Shown: positions 14,850 through 21,736 of the stretch, one piece after another
Layout: each line of letters begins with the position of its first letter
Position numbering within the stretch: position 1 is the first letter of the stretch
Assembly (NCBI RefSeq): GCF_016758255.1
Contig: NZ_QYAD01000001.1
Coordinates: forward strand, 1,127,171 to 1,151,170
Direction: 5' to 3'
DNA length: 24,000 bases
Source: Leucobacter chromiireducens subsp. chromiireducens
GTDB lineage: Bacteria > Actinomycetota > Actinomycetes > Actinomycetales > Microbacteriaceae
The notes under the pieces: generated by a model
The model's input: the letters and a program-made list of their open reading frames with translations, nothing else
What the model was told of the DNA's origin: nothing
Database searches by the model: none
Translations under genes and position numbers: made by a program

Positions 14850-16007
14850 GTGCTCATGTCGACGCCGCGCTGTGAGTACTTCGAGGCGGGCCGCTGCCGC
14901 TCGTGCACGCTGATCGAAACTCCAATCGCCGAGCAGCTGGCCGCAAAGGACGCACGATGCCGCGAGCTCTTGCCCGAGGTGCCGGCGGCCGCATGGCTCC
15001 CGATCGCCGAAGGCGGCGATCGCAACTTCCGCAACAAGGCAAAGCTCGTTGTGGGCGGCTCAGCCGGCAACGTGACGCTTGGCATCCTCGGGCGGGATGG
15101 TGAGGGCGTCGACCTGCGCGACTGCCTCATCCAAGAGCCCGTGATCCGCGCGGTGATCCCGCGCCTCGCGGAGTTTCTGAACGCGACCGGGCTGCCGCCG
15201 TACAGCGTGCCTCAGCGTCGCGGCGAGCTGAAATATCTGCACGTCACCGCGGCGCCTGCAGGGCGGCTGATGCTTCGTTTCGTGGTGCGCACGGAGGAGG
15301 GGCTTACCCGGATTCGCAAGCGCTTGGCCGAACTCCGCGCGGCGATTCCCGACGCCGACGTGATCTCTGTCAACCTGCTGCCCGAACACGTCGCACTGCT
15401 CGAGGGCGAGCGCGAGGAGTTGCTGCTGGGCTCCTCACTCACGATGGAGCTTGGGGACGTCTCGCTGCACCTACGGCCGCAGAGCTTTTTCCAGACCAAC
15501 ACCGCGGTGGCGCAGGAGCTCTATGGTCAGGCGTCGAGGTGGGTGGAGCGCCGCGATCCCGCATCGATTTGGGATCTGTACTGCGGCGTCGGCGGCTTTG
15601 CGCTCGCCTGTGCGCCGCGCGCGGGAACTGGCGCCGCGCGCGCCGTACTCGGCGTGGAACTCTCAGAGGCCGCCGTTGCCTCCGCTGAGCGGAGCGCTCG
15701 TGACGCTGGGATCGATGCCCGCTTTGTTGCCGCCGATGCCACTGCGTTTGCGCTCGACGCCCCCGCGGCGTCGCTGCCCGAGCTGGTCATCGTGAACCCG
15801 CCGCGCCGCGGCATTGGCGCGGAGCTCGCTGCCTGGCTGAATGATTCCGTGGTGCCGAGCGTGATCTACTCGAGCTGCAACCCGGAGAGCCTGGCGCGGG
15901 ACCTTGCGGCGATGCCGAGTTTCCGTGTGCGCGAAGCACGTGTCTTCGACATGTTCCCGCACACCGGGCACCTTGAGGTCATGGTGTTGCTGGAGCGGGG
16001 AGCGTAG
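14850..16007 (+). CDS. rlmC: 23S rRNA (uracil-C5)-methyltransferase, RlmC/RumB-like (TrmA family, Fe-S cluster type)
   Basis: N-terminal C-x7-C-x2-C (CEYFEAGRCRSC) and FRNKAKLVV closely parallel E. coli RlmC (YDAGRCRSC ... FRNKAKMVV). A fourth Cys sits in DLRDCLI. SAM-MTase motifs are DLYCGVGGF, VNPPRRG and the catalytic SCNP. The start is GTG 14850 or ATG 14856. Confidence 0.85.
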   Translation: MLMSTPRCEYFEAGRCRSCTLIETPIAEQLAAKDARCRELLPEVPAAAWLPIAEGGDRNFRNKAKLVVGGSAGNVTLGILGRDGEGVDLRDCLIQEPVIRAVIPRLAEFLNATGLPPYSVPQRRGELKYLHVTAAPAGRLMLRFVVRTEEGLTRIRKRLAELRAAIPDADVISVNLLPEHVALLEGEREELLLGSSLTMELGDVSLHLRPQSFFQTNTAVAQELYGQASRWVERRDPASIWDLYCGVGGFALACAPRAGTGAARAVLGVELSEAAVASAERSARDAGIDARFVAADATAFALDAPAASLPELVIVNPPRRGIGAELAAWLNDSVVPSVIYSSCNPESLARDLAAMPSFRVREARVFDMFPHTGHLEVMVLLERGA

Positions 16008-16737
16008 TCGTCCACTTGGGCTCGGCCCACCGACCGGGCTCGGCGAGCGCCGACCAGCGGAGCGAAAGCTCTGGGGCGGTCCCAGTGCCGCCGACCGCGG
16101 CGTCGCAGACCAGCAGTGACTGGGTGGGGTAGCCGTGCGGGGTGTTGTCGCGAATGATCGCCCGATCGTCGTGCGGGCCGAGCGTCGCGCTGTGTGCGAG
16201 CACCGTGTGCCAGCGGTCGCGCCAGGACTCGGGGCTCGCTCCCTCAGCCGCCCGCTGAAACTCGGGCAGCCACCGTGCGATACGCGGCGACCCCGGGTCG
16301 TCGACCTCGAAGTGGTCGACCATGTGCACGCCCGGCAGCAGCGGTTCGCGCCGGAGCGCGCTGCCGTCCCAGGAGATCACCTCCGAGCCACCCGGTTCGA
16401 TCGTCACGAGGGTGAATGCCGGCGTGGTGGGTGAAGTGGTGGGCAGTTCGCCCCGCGCTGCGGCGAGGGGGAGCGCGCCGCGTGAACTGAACCCGGACGC
16501 GGGTTCGGGCACCTCCGCGGCTCGGTTCAGCAGCACCGCGAGGCGGCCGGACTCGGGCTCCGCGGCAAGCCAGGCCCCACCGGCGCGGCGATCGCGCACA
16601 CCACGCACCCCAGGGAACGTGTCTGGCCACCAGAGGCCGGGCGGATCCCACGCTCGCGCTGGATCCTCGTCGCGAATCGCGAGCAGCCGAACCTCGCCGT
16701 TCGGGTTCGCGGGGACATCGATCACCACCGTGCACAT
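15979..16737 (-). CDS. NRDE-family (TANGO2/DUF833-like) protein
   Basis: Starts MCT... (family-typical N-terminal Cys) and has LLAIRDEDP in place of the NRDE motif. 252 aa. Its 3' end overlaps the rlmC-like 3' end by 29 nt. Confidence 0.8.
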   Translation of the reverse strand: MCTVVIDVPANPNGEVRLLAIRDEDPARAWDPPGLWWPDTFPGVRGVRDRRAGGAWLAAEPESGRLAVLLNRAAEVPEPASGFSSRGALPLAAARGELPTTSPTTPAFTLVTIEPGGSEVISWDGSALRREPLLPGVHMVDHFEVDDPGSPRIARWLPEFQRAAEGASPESWRDRWHTVLAHSATLGPHDDRAIIRDNTPHGYPTQSLLVCDAAVGGTGTAPELSLRWSALAEPGRWAEPKWTTTLPAPATP

Positions 16738-16801
16738 GGCCCCGAGTGTAGCTGGGCGGGTTCATACCCCGATTCTGGGCGGTGAGTGCGAGGATGGGAG
16801 C

Positions 16802-18229
16802 GTGAACATTGTGCTTGGAGTCAGCGGCGGGATCGCCGCCTACAAAGCCGTCGCGCTCGCGCGCCTCCTCGTCGAGGCCGGTCACGAGGTGCACGTCATC
16901 CCCACGGCTGACGCGCTGCGCTTCGTCGGGCAGCCCACCTGGGAGGCGATCAGCCGTCACCCCGTCACCACCTCGGTGCACGACGACGTTCCCGAGGTGC
17001 GTCACGTGGCGCTCGGACAGCGCGCCGATCTCGTCGTGGTCGCGCCCGCGACCGCGAACACGCTGGCGCGGATGACCGCGGGCCTCGCTGATGACCTGCT
17101 CGGTACGACGCTGCTCGCCACGCGCGCGCCCGTGGTTGTGGCGCCCGCGATGCACACGGAGATGTGGCAGCACCCGGCGACACAGGACAACGTGGCGATT
17201 CTGCGCTCGCGCGGAGTCGTCTTTGTGGGGCCGGAGAGCGGACGCCTCACTGGGGACGACACGGGCCCGGGACGACTGAGCGAGCCCGCCGACATTTTCG
17301 CGCGCATCGAGGAGATCCTCGAGGCCGGCGTCGCTGCGGATGCCGCGGCGGCCGTGGGGCTCGAGCGGGATCCCGAAGCGCCGATCCTGCCGCTCCCCGC
17401 GGGGGAGGACGACGCGACCGTGCTCGCTCCTGTGGTCGTGCCGGGAGCGGCCGCGCCCACGAGCGTGTTCCCGAGCGCAGCTGCCGACGACGTGGCTGAT
17501 GATGATGAGGGCACTCACGCAGAGCCGGGCGACTTTGACGGCGTGCGCGTGCTCGTGACTGCCGGCGGTACGCGCGAGCCGATTGACCCGGTGCGCTACC
17601 TGGGCAACCGGTCGAGCGGGCGGCAGGGCGTCGCAGTTGCGGCGGCGGCTGCGGAGCGCGGCGCGAAGGTGGTGCTGCTCGCAGCAAACATCGACGAGGC
17701 TGTTCTCGCGGAGGTCGCAGACCGACCCGCCGTGCGGATCGTGCCGGTCGGTTCAACTGCCGAGCTGGAGCAGGCGGCGCACGCGGCTGCTGCGGGCGCG
17801 GAGGCCGTGATCATGGCGGCTGCGGTGGCTGACTACCGGGTTGCGGATGTTGCCGACGGCAAGCTCCGCAAGGAGGACTCTCCGGGGGTCGCGCCGACGC
17901 TCTCGCTCGTCGAGAACCCGGACGTGCTGGTCGGCCTCGTGCAGGCGCGGCGTCCCGGCCAGGTCATCGTCGGCTTTGCCGCGGAGACTGTGGAGAGCGA
18001 AGAGGAACTGCTCGAGCGCGGTCGGCGAAAGCTCGCGCGCAAGGGCGTCGACTTGCTCGCGGTGAACGCGGTGGGGTGGAACGAGGGCTTTGAGTCCGCG
18101 GAGAACGCGTTGCGTGTACTCGACGCCGACGGCACGGTGGTGTCGAGCGTGGCCGGCTCGAAGCGTGAGGTTGCTGAACGTCTGCTCGACGCCGTGCGCG
18201 ACGAGCTCGATGCTGCGGCACGAGAATAG
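16802..18229 (+). CDS. coaBC: Bifunctional phosphopantothenoylcysteine decarboxylase / phosphopantothenate-cysteine ligase
   Basis: Flavoprotein domain VNIVLGVSGGIAAYKAV..., PAMHTEMW, then CoaB domain VLVTAGGTREPIDPVRYLGNRSSGRQG ... AAVADYR. I use GTG 16802, since the track start 16322 is an antisense run-on through the NRDE gene. 475 aa with a long inter-domain linker. Confidence 0.92.
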   Translation: MNIVLGVSGGIAAYKAVALARLLVEAGHEVHVIPTADALRFVGQPTWEAISRHPVTTSVHDDVPEVRHVALGQRADLVVVAPATANTLARMTAGLADDLLGTTLLATRAPVVVAPAMHTEMWQHPATQDNVAILRSRGVVFVGPESGRLTGDDTGPGRLSEPADIFARIEEILEAGVAADAAAAVGLERDPEAPILPLPAGEDDATVLAPVVVPGAAAPTSVFPSAAADDVADDDEGTHAEPGDFDGVRVLVTAGGTREPIDPVRYLGNRSSGRQGVAVAAAAAERGAKVVLLAANIDEAVLAEVADRPAVRIVPVGSTAELEQAAHAAAAGAEAVIMAAAVADYRVADVADGKLRKEDSPGVAPTLSLVENPDVLVGLVQARRPGQVIVGFAAETVESEEELLERGRRKLARKGVDLLAVNAVGWNEGFESAENALRVLDADGTVVSSVAGSKREVAERLLDAVRDELDAAARE

Positions 18230-18254
18230 TCCGGAGCGCGGGGCGGTGCATGCC

Positions 18255-18332
18255 CCGCACACGACAGTGCCCCGGGCGGCCGCGATCCCCTGAACGGAGG
18301 ACCGCGCCCGCCCGGGGCACTGTCGTGTGCGG
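18255..18332. terminator. Very long perfect inverted repeat between convergent coaBC and DUF3107 genes
   Basis: 25-bp perfect arms CCGCACACGACAGTGCCCCGGGCGG (18255-18279) and CCGCCCGGGGCACTGTCGTGTGCGG (18308-18332). The 28-nt spacer can add 4 more pairs (CGCG/CGCG). No clear U-tract on either side. Confidence 0.7.
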
Positions 18333-18337
18333 TGGCG

Positions 18338-18562
18338 TTAGCTCACGAAGCCGATGCGACGCTCAGCCTCGCCGCCCAGCTCGATGTACGTCACTGCGTC
18401 TGCGTTCACGAGGAACTGACGCCCCTTCGTGTCCTGCAGCGTGACGAAGTCGGACTCCTTCGATGCGGCCGCCTCAAACAGGCCGCGCACCTCGTCGGCG
18501 GTGGCGTCGGTCTCGAAAGCGAGCTCACGGGGTGACTGCTTGATGCCGATGCGAACTTCCAC
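18338..18562 (-). CDS. DUF3107 domain-containing protein (TB9.4-like small conserved actinobacterial protein)
   Basis: VEVRIGIKQSPRELAFETDATADEVRGLFEAAASKESDFVTLQDTKGRQFLVNADAVTYIELG matches the family pattern I recall. I start at GTG 18562, preceded by AGAGGAGG at 4-nt spacing, rather than the track ATG at 18595. Confidence 0.85.
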   Translation of the reverse strand: MEVRIGIKQSPRELAFETDATADEVRGLFEAAASKESDFVTLQDTKGRQFLVNADAVTYIELGGEAERRIGFVS

Positions 18563-18614
18563 GGGGCCTCCTCTAACGGGTGGCGCTTCGGCCACACGGT
18601 GTGCATGTGCTTCG

Positions 18615-18620
18615 AGTCTA
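18615..18620 (-). promoter_or_regulatory. -10-like hexamer TAGACT upstream of the DUF3107 gene
   Basis: The reverse complement of AGTCTA is TAGACT, about 53 nt upstream of GTG 18562 and inside the 126-bp gap after the acylase gene. Motif inspection only. Confidence 0.3.
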
Positions 18621-18641
18621 CGGCGATGAGCCTGCGCAGCA

Positions 18642-18688
18642 CCGGGAACGGGGCCTGCGTTCGCCCTGAGCGCAGCACCTGTTCCCGG
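18642..18688 (-). terminator. Possible stem-loop immediately after the acylase stop codon
   Basis: CCGGGAAC ... GTTCCCGG 8-bp outer stem with an inner CTGCG/CGCAG pairing, starting right after TAG (18689-18691, minus strand). Large loop and no U-tract, so support is weak. Confidence 0.3.
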
Positions 18689-21553
18689 CTACCCGCGGGT
18701 GGGCGGCGCGGGGGTGAGCGTCAACTCATCACTTGTATGCTCGGCTACCGCAGCCGGTGTGAAATTCCACGGGTACTGCTCGCCCCGCGCCCAGCCGGCT
18801 GACTGGTCCGTGTAGTTCGGATGGAATGCGTGACCACTTGCGCCCGTCAAGTTCTGCCACGTCGAGGCATCCCAATCGCTCAGATCGATGACCATGCGCA
18901 TGGAAGGAACGGAGCTCGTCGCGTACCCCTCGTCGAGGTCCCAGCCCGTCGCGTTGACGACGCCCGAGCCACCGCCAACCTCGATCGGGCCGCGGTTGAA
19001 CAGCCACTCGATCGGTGCGATGCCGCTCGTGCCGAATGTGCCGTGTGTGAGCGGGAGGGCGTGCAGCGTTCCCCAGTTCCACCGGTCTGGACGGGAGCCC
19101 TGCAACGTCGTGATCTCGTGCACGGCCCGCTCAGCGCAGAGATCCAGAAACTCGGCCTGGGTGGTGGCAAGGCCGTTCTCCGCGCTCTGCCACCAGGGTG
19201 AGTCCGGATCGTCGAGCAGACGATCGAACAGGAGAGCGAAACGTGACTGATCGTCGCGGGGAATGGGGACCACCTGCTCATCGGTCAGCTGCGCGGTGAT
19301 TTCACGCCACAGCACGTTCGCGAACGCGGCCGCGGAAGAGTCCGCGTCGTTCTGCCCATCCCACTCTGCGAGGAGCGCGAGAGCCGCCGTGAGGTCCTCA
19401 TTCTCGACGGTGAGGTCCGCGTAGGCGCGCTGGAGTGAGGCCGCCGCCGGGAACTGATTGTCCATGTGGATCTCGGCCATATCTCGCGCGGAGACTGGGC
19501 CGGCGGCAATCCGCTCGTCGAGGAGCTCCGCGATGCGCGCGGCACGGTACCCCGTGTCCCAATCGCGGCTGAGGAAGTAGCGGTACTCGTCGGTGACGAT
19601 CGCGTTGTTCGCGGTGACGATGACCCCGGAAGCCGGGTTGTACGCGGTGGGTTGCTCCGCGAAGGGAATGAAGCCCTGCCAGTCGAACGCGCTGTCCCAG
19701 CCGGGCTGGGGGAGCCAGCCATCGCCCGCGCCGCGGATGGGGAGCCGTCCCGGGGCTTGGTACCCGATGTTCCCTGCGCGGTCTGCATAGATGAGGTTCT
19801 GTGCAGGAACATCGAACTGCGCGGCGGCGAGCCGGAAGTCACCAAAGTCGCGTGCCCGATTGAGCGTGAAGATTGCCTCCGCGGTGGTCGAGACGTCGAG
19901 CGCGGTCCAGCGCAAGCTCACCGCGAAGTCTCCGGGTGGCAGCTCGTCCTCTGCGGCGGCGTCGACCGCGGCGTCGGCGGGCGGCAGCTCTGCGGTCCCG
20001 TTGGACTCACTCGAGGCTGCCGGTGCGGGCCGAGCGCCCGTGACGCGGGGCTGCTCGCTGATCGCGGTGAAATCGGGTTCCAAGCCCGACACGATGGGGC
20101 CATGTCCGGTTTCGCGGATTTCGAGTTCAACGTCCGCCCCACCGGCAACCGCGATGGTCTCCGTGCGCGTCGTAAAGGGGTGCTTCACCCCGTCCTGCCA
20201 GTACCCGTCGGCCTCGACGCGCTCAACGTAGAGGTCGGCAACGTCGGTGGTGAGGTTGGTGAAGCCCCACGCGATTTCCGCGTTGTGGCCGATTACGATG
20301 CCGGGAAGTCCAGAGAAGCTGAAACCCGCGACGTCGAAGGGGCACTCGGGCGTGACCGCGCTGCAGCGCAACTGCATCTGCGTCCAGACGGAGGGGAGCG
20401 CCGCGCTCAGGTGCGGGTCGTTCGCGAGGAGGGGGAGCCCCGTGGTGGTGTGCTCGCCAGACACGACCCAGGAGTTCGACCCGATTCCTTCCGTCTGCTC
20501 GCTGATGAGCGCGCTCACCTGCGCCCGCTGCTCTTCAAAACGAGCGAGCGCGGGGAGTGGTGCTGGAACGACGGGGGCCGTGGCGCTCGCGTCCGCGAGG
20601 CGAGCGGTCGGCGCGACCGAGGAGTCACTGGGGTCAGCGGAACTACTGGGACCACCGGAATCACTGGGACCACCGGAATCACTGGGACGCTCGACGCGCG
20701 CAGCCGCAAAGCCGCCCGTCGGGGCAGGGATGCGTGCATCCTCGATTCCGGTGCCGGCGGGATCGTCCGCGAGGATAACCGGGTGCTCCTCGAACGGATA
20801 CTCGGGGTACAGGGTGGCGAGTTGTTCGCCGTCAAGCCCCTGAGCGAGGAGCGCGCGTGCCGTCTCCTCCTCGATGTTCGTCCGCAAGTCCCAGGCCATG
20901 GCCTTGAACCACGCGACCGAATCCGCCGGGGTCCACGGCTCAGGCGTGTACTCGGCGTTCTGCAGCCCCAGCACGGCGTACTCGAGCGAGAGTTCCGCCC
21001 CAGAGCGCTGCGCAAGGTACGCGTTGACCCCAGCAGCGTACGCCTCGTAGAACGCGAGAGTCTCCGCGGGGAGCTGCGCGACCTCCTCCTCGGCGATCCG
21101 GTGCCACCCGAGCGTGCGGAGGAACGAGTCGGTGCCGAGCTGCGACTCGCCGAAGAGTTCGGAGAGCCGAGCGCTCGTCAGGTGGCGGCGGAAATCCATC
21201 TCCCAGAACCGATCCTGTGCGTGGACAAAGCCCTGCGCAAAGAACAGATCAGCGGAGGTGTCTGCAGTGATGGTGGGAATGCCATGCGCGTCGCGCTGCA
21301 CCTGCACCGTGCCCGCGAGCCCAGGGGCCTCCAGTGCGCCGTTCGCCTGCGGGAATGAGCGTGTGACAGTCCAGGCACCCAGCCCAGCCGCGACGAGCGC
21401 GAGCGCGACGAGAGCTGCAACGAGCCACAGCACGATGCGCCAGGGACGACGTCGCCGGCCGGATGCTTCGGTCATGCCGCCTGGTGGGCCTGGCGGCGCC
21501 CCGACAGCTGCGGGGGCGGGGGCGAGCGTCTGCTCTGGCGCGGTCAATGTCAT
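18689..21553 (-). CDS. Penicillin acylase family protein (peptidase S45, Ntn-hydrolase), N-terminally membrane-anchored
   Basis: S45 hallmarks are present: DRFWEMDFRR, GIG-SNSWVVSG (Ser nucleophile context), LLANDPHL, GHNAEIAWGFTN. I start at ATG 21553 (GGAGGA 5 nt upstream), not the track's 22159. The N-terminus has RRRRPW followed by the TM helix RIVLWLVAALVALALVAAGLGAW. About 954 aa. Confidence 0.88.
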   Translation of the reverse strand: MTLTAPEQTLAPAPAAVGAPPGPPGGMTEASGRRRRPWRIVLWLVAALVALALVAAGLGAWTVTRSFPQANGALEAPGLAGTVQVQRDAHGIPTITADTSADLFFAQGFVHAQDRFWEMDFRRHLTSARLSELFGESQLGTDSFLRTLGWHRIAEEEVAQLPAETLAFYEAYAAGVNAYLAQRSGAELSLEYAVLGLQNAEYTPEPWTPADSVAWFKAMAWDLRTNIEEETARALLAQGLDGEQLATLYPEYPFEEHPVILADDPAGTGIEDARIPAPTGGFAAARVERPSDSGGPSDSGGPSSSADPSDSSVAPTARLADASATAPVVPAPLPALARFEEQRAQVSALISEQTEGIGSNSWVVSGEHTTTGLPLLANDPHLSAALPSVWTQMQLRCSAVTPECPFDVAGFSFSGLPGIVIGHNAEIAWGFTNLTTDVADLYVERVEADGYWQDGVKHPFTTRTETIAVAGGADVELEIRETGHGPIVSGLEPDFTAISEQPRVTGARPAPAASSESNGTAELPPADAAVDAAAEDELPPGDFAVSLRWTALDVSTTAEAIFTLNRARDFGDFRLAAAQFDVPAQNLIYADRAGNIGYQAPGRLPIRGAGDGWLPQPGWDSAFDWQGFIPFAEQPTAYNPASGVIVTANNAIVTDEYRYFLSRDWDTGYRAARIAELLDERIAAGPVSARDMAEIHMDNQFPAAASLQRAYADLTVENEDLTAALALLAEWDGQNDADSSAAAFANVLWREITAQLTDEQVVPIPRDDQSRFALLFDRLLDDPDSPWWQSAENGLATTQAEFLDLCAERAVHEITTLQGSRPDRWNWGTLHALPLTHGTFGTSGIAPIEWLFNRGPIEVGGGSGVVNATGWDLDEGYATSSVPSMRMVIDLSDWDASTWQNLTGASGHAFHPNYTDQSAGWARGEQYPWNFTPAAVAEHTSDELTLTPAPPTRG
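20615..20686 (-). repeat. In-frame 18-bp tandem repeat, 4 units (2 identical, 2 diverged), inside the acylase gene
   Basis: On the + strand, ACCACCGGAATCACTGGG occurs at 20651-20668 and 20669-20686 (identical). Diverged units are GTCAGCGGAACTACTGGG (20633-20650) and GACCGAGGAGTCACTGGG (20615-20632). On the coding strand these encode PSDSGG-PSDSGG-PSSSAD-PSDSSV. Confidence 0.9.
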
Positions 21554-21724
21554 TGGAGTCCTCCACGGTGAGGGGTGGCGCACCCGCCTTCGAGCGCACC
21601 AGGCCAGCTGCTCGGGCACCGCACGAGCGTTCCGGATAGAACCGAGTCTGGCACGGACCGCAGACAATATCGCGCCGCCAATCCGTGCGGCTCGCGTGGA
21701 ATCACGAATGTCTGTGGTGCTCAG

Positions 21725-21730
21725 TAGGCT
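21725..21730 (+). promoter_or_regulatory. -10-like hexamer TAGGCT placed 6 nt before the ATG (leaderless-type promoter) of the helicase gene
   Basis: TAGGCT-GGCCGC-ATG(21737). No SD-like sequence upstream. The architecture is the same as at 14116-14130. Confidence 0.35.
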
Positions 21731-21736
21731 GGCCGC

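Noticed and set aside
16322-16801. N-terminal 160-codon extension of coaBC (track start 16322)
   Set aside because: It overlaps the NRDE gene antisense with Ser/Arg/Pro-rich composition. CoaBC proteins begin directly with the xIVLGVSGGIAAYK flavin-binding strand, which is found at GTG 16802.
16244-17518. 424-aa minus-strand ORF opposite coaBC and overlapping the NRDE gene
   Set aside because: It is a shadow frame with Arg/Gly/His-rich composition. Both genuine genes here have clear family signatures.
6613-18332. The four perfect hairpins considered as MITE/IS terminal repeats or a REP family
   Set aside because: The arm sequences are unrelated to one another. Each sits precisely between convergent stop codons, and I saw no target-site duplication or transposase. 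Terminators are the simpler explanation.
20615-20686. Tandem repeat considered as a CRISPR-like or minisatellite intergenic element
   Set aside because: The units are contiguous with no spacers, only 18 bp long, and lie in frame inside a coding sequence. There are no cas genes nearby.
19466-21358. 630-aa plus-strand ORF opposite the acylase gene
   Set aside because: It lies antisense to the S45 acylase. It contains the translated complement of the tandem repeat (TGTTGITGTTGITG) but no domain logic, RBS or sensible start context.
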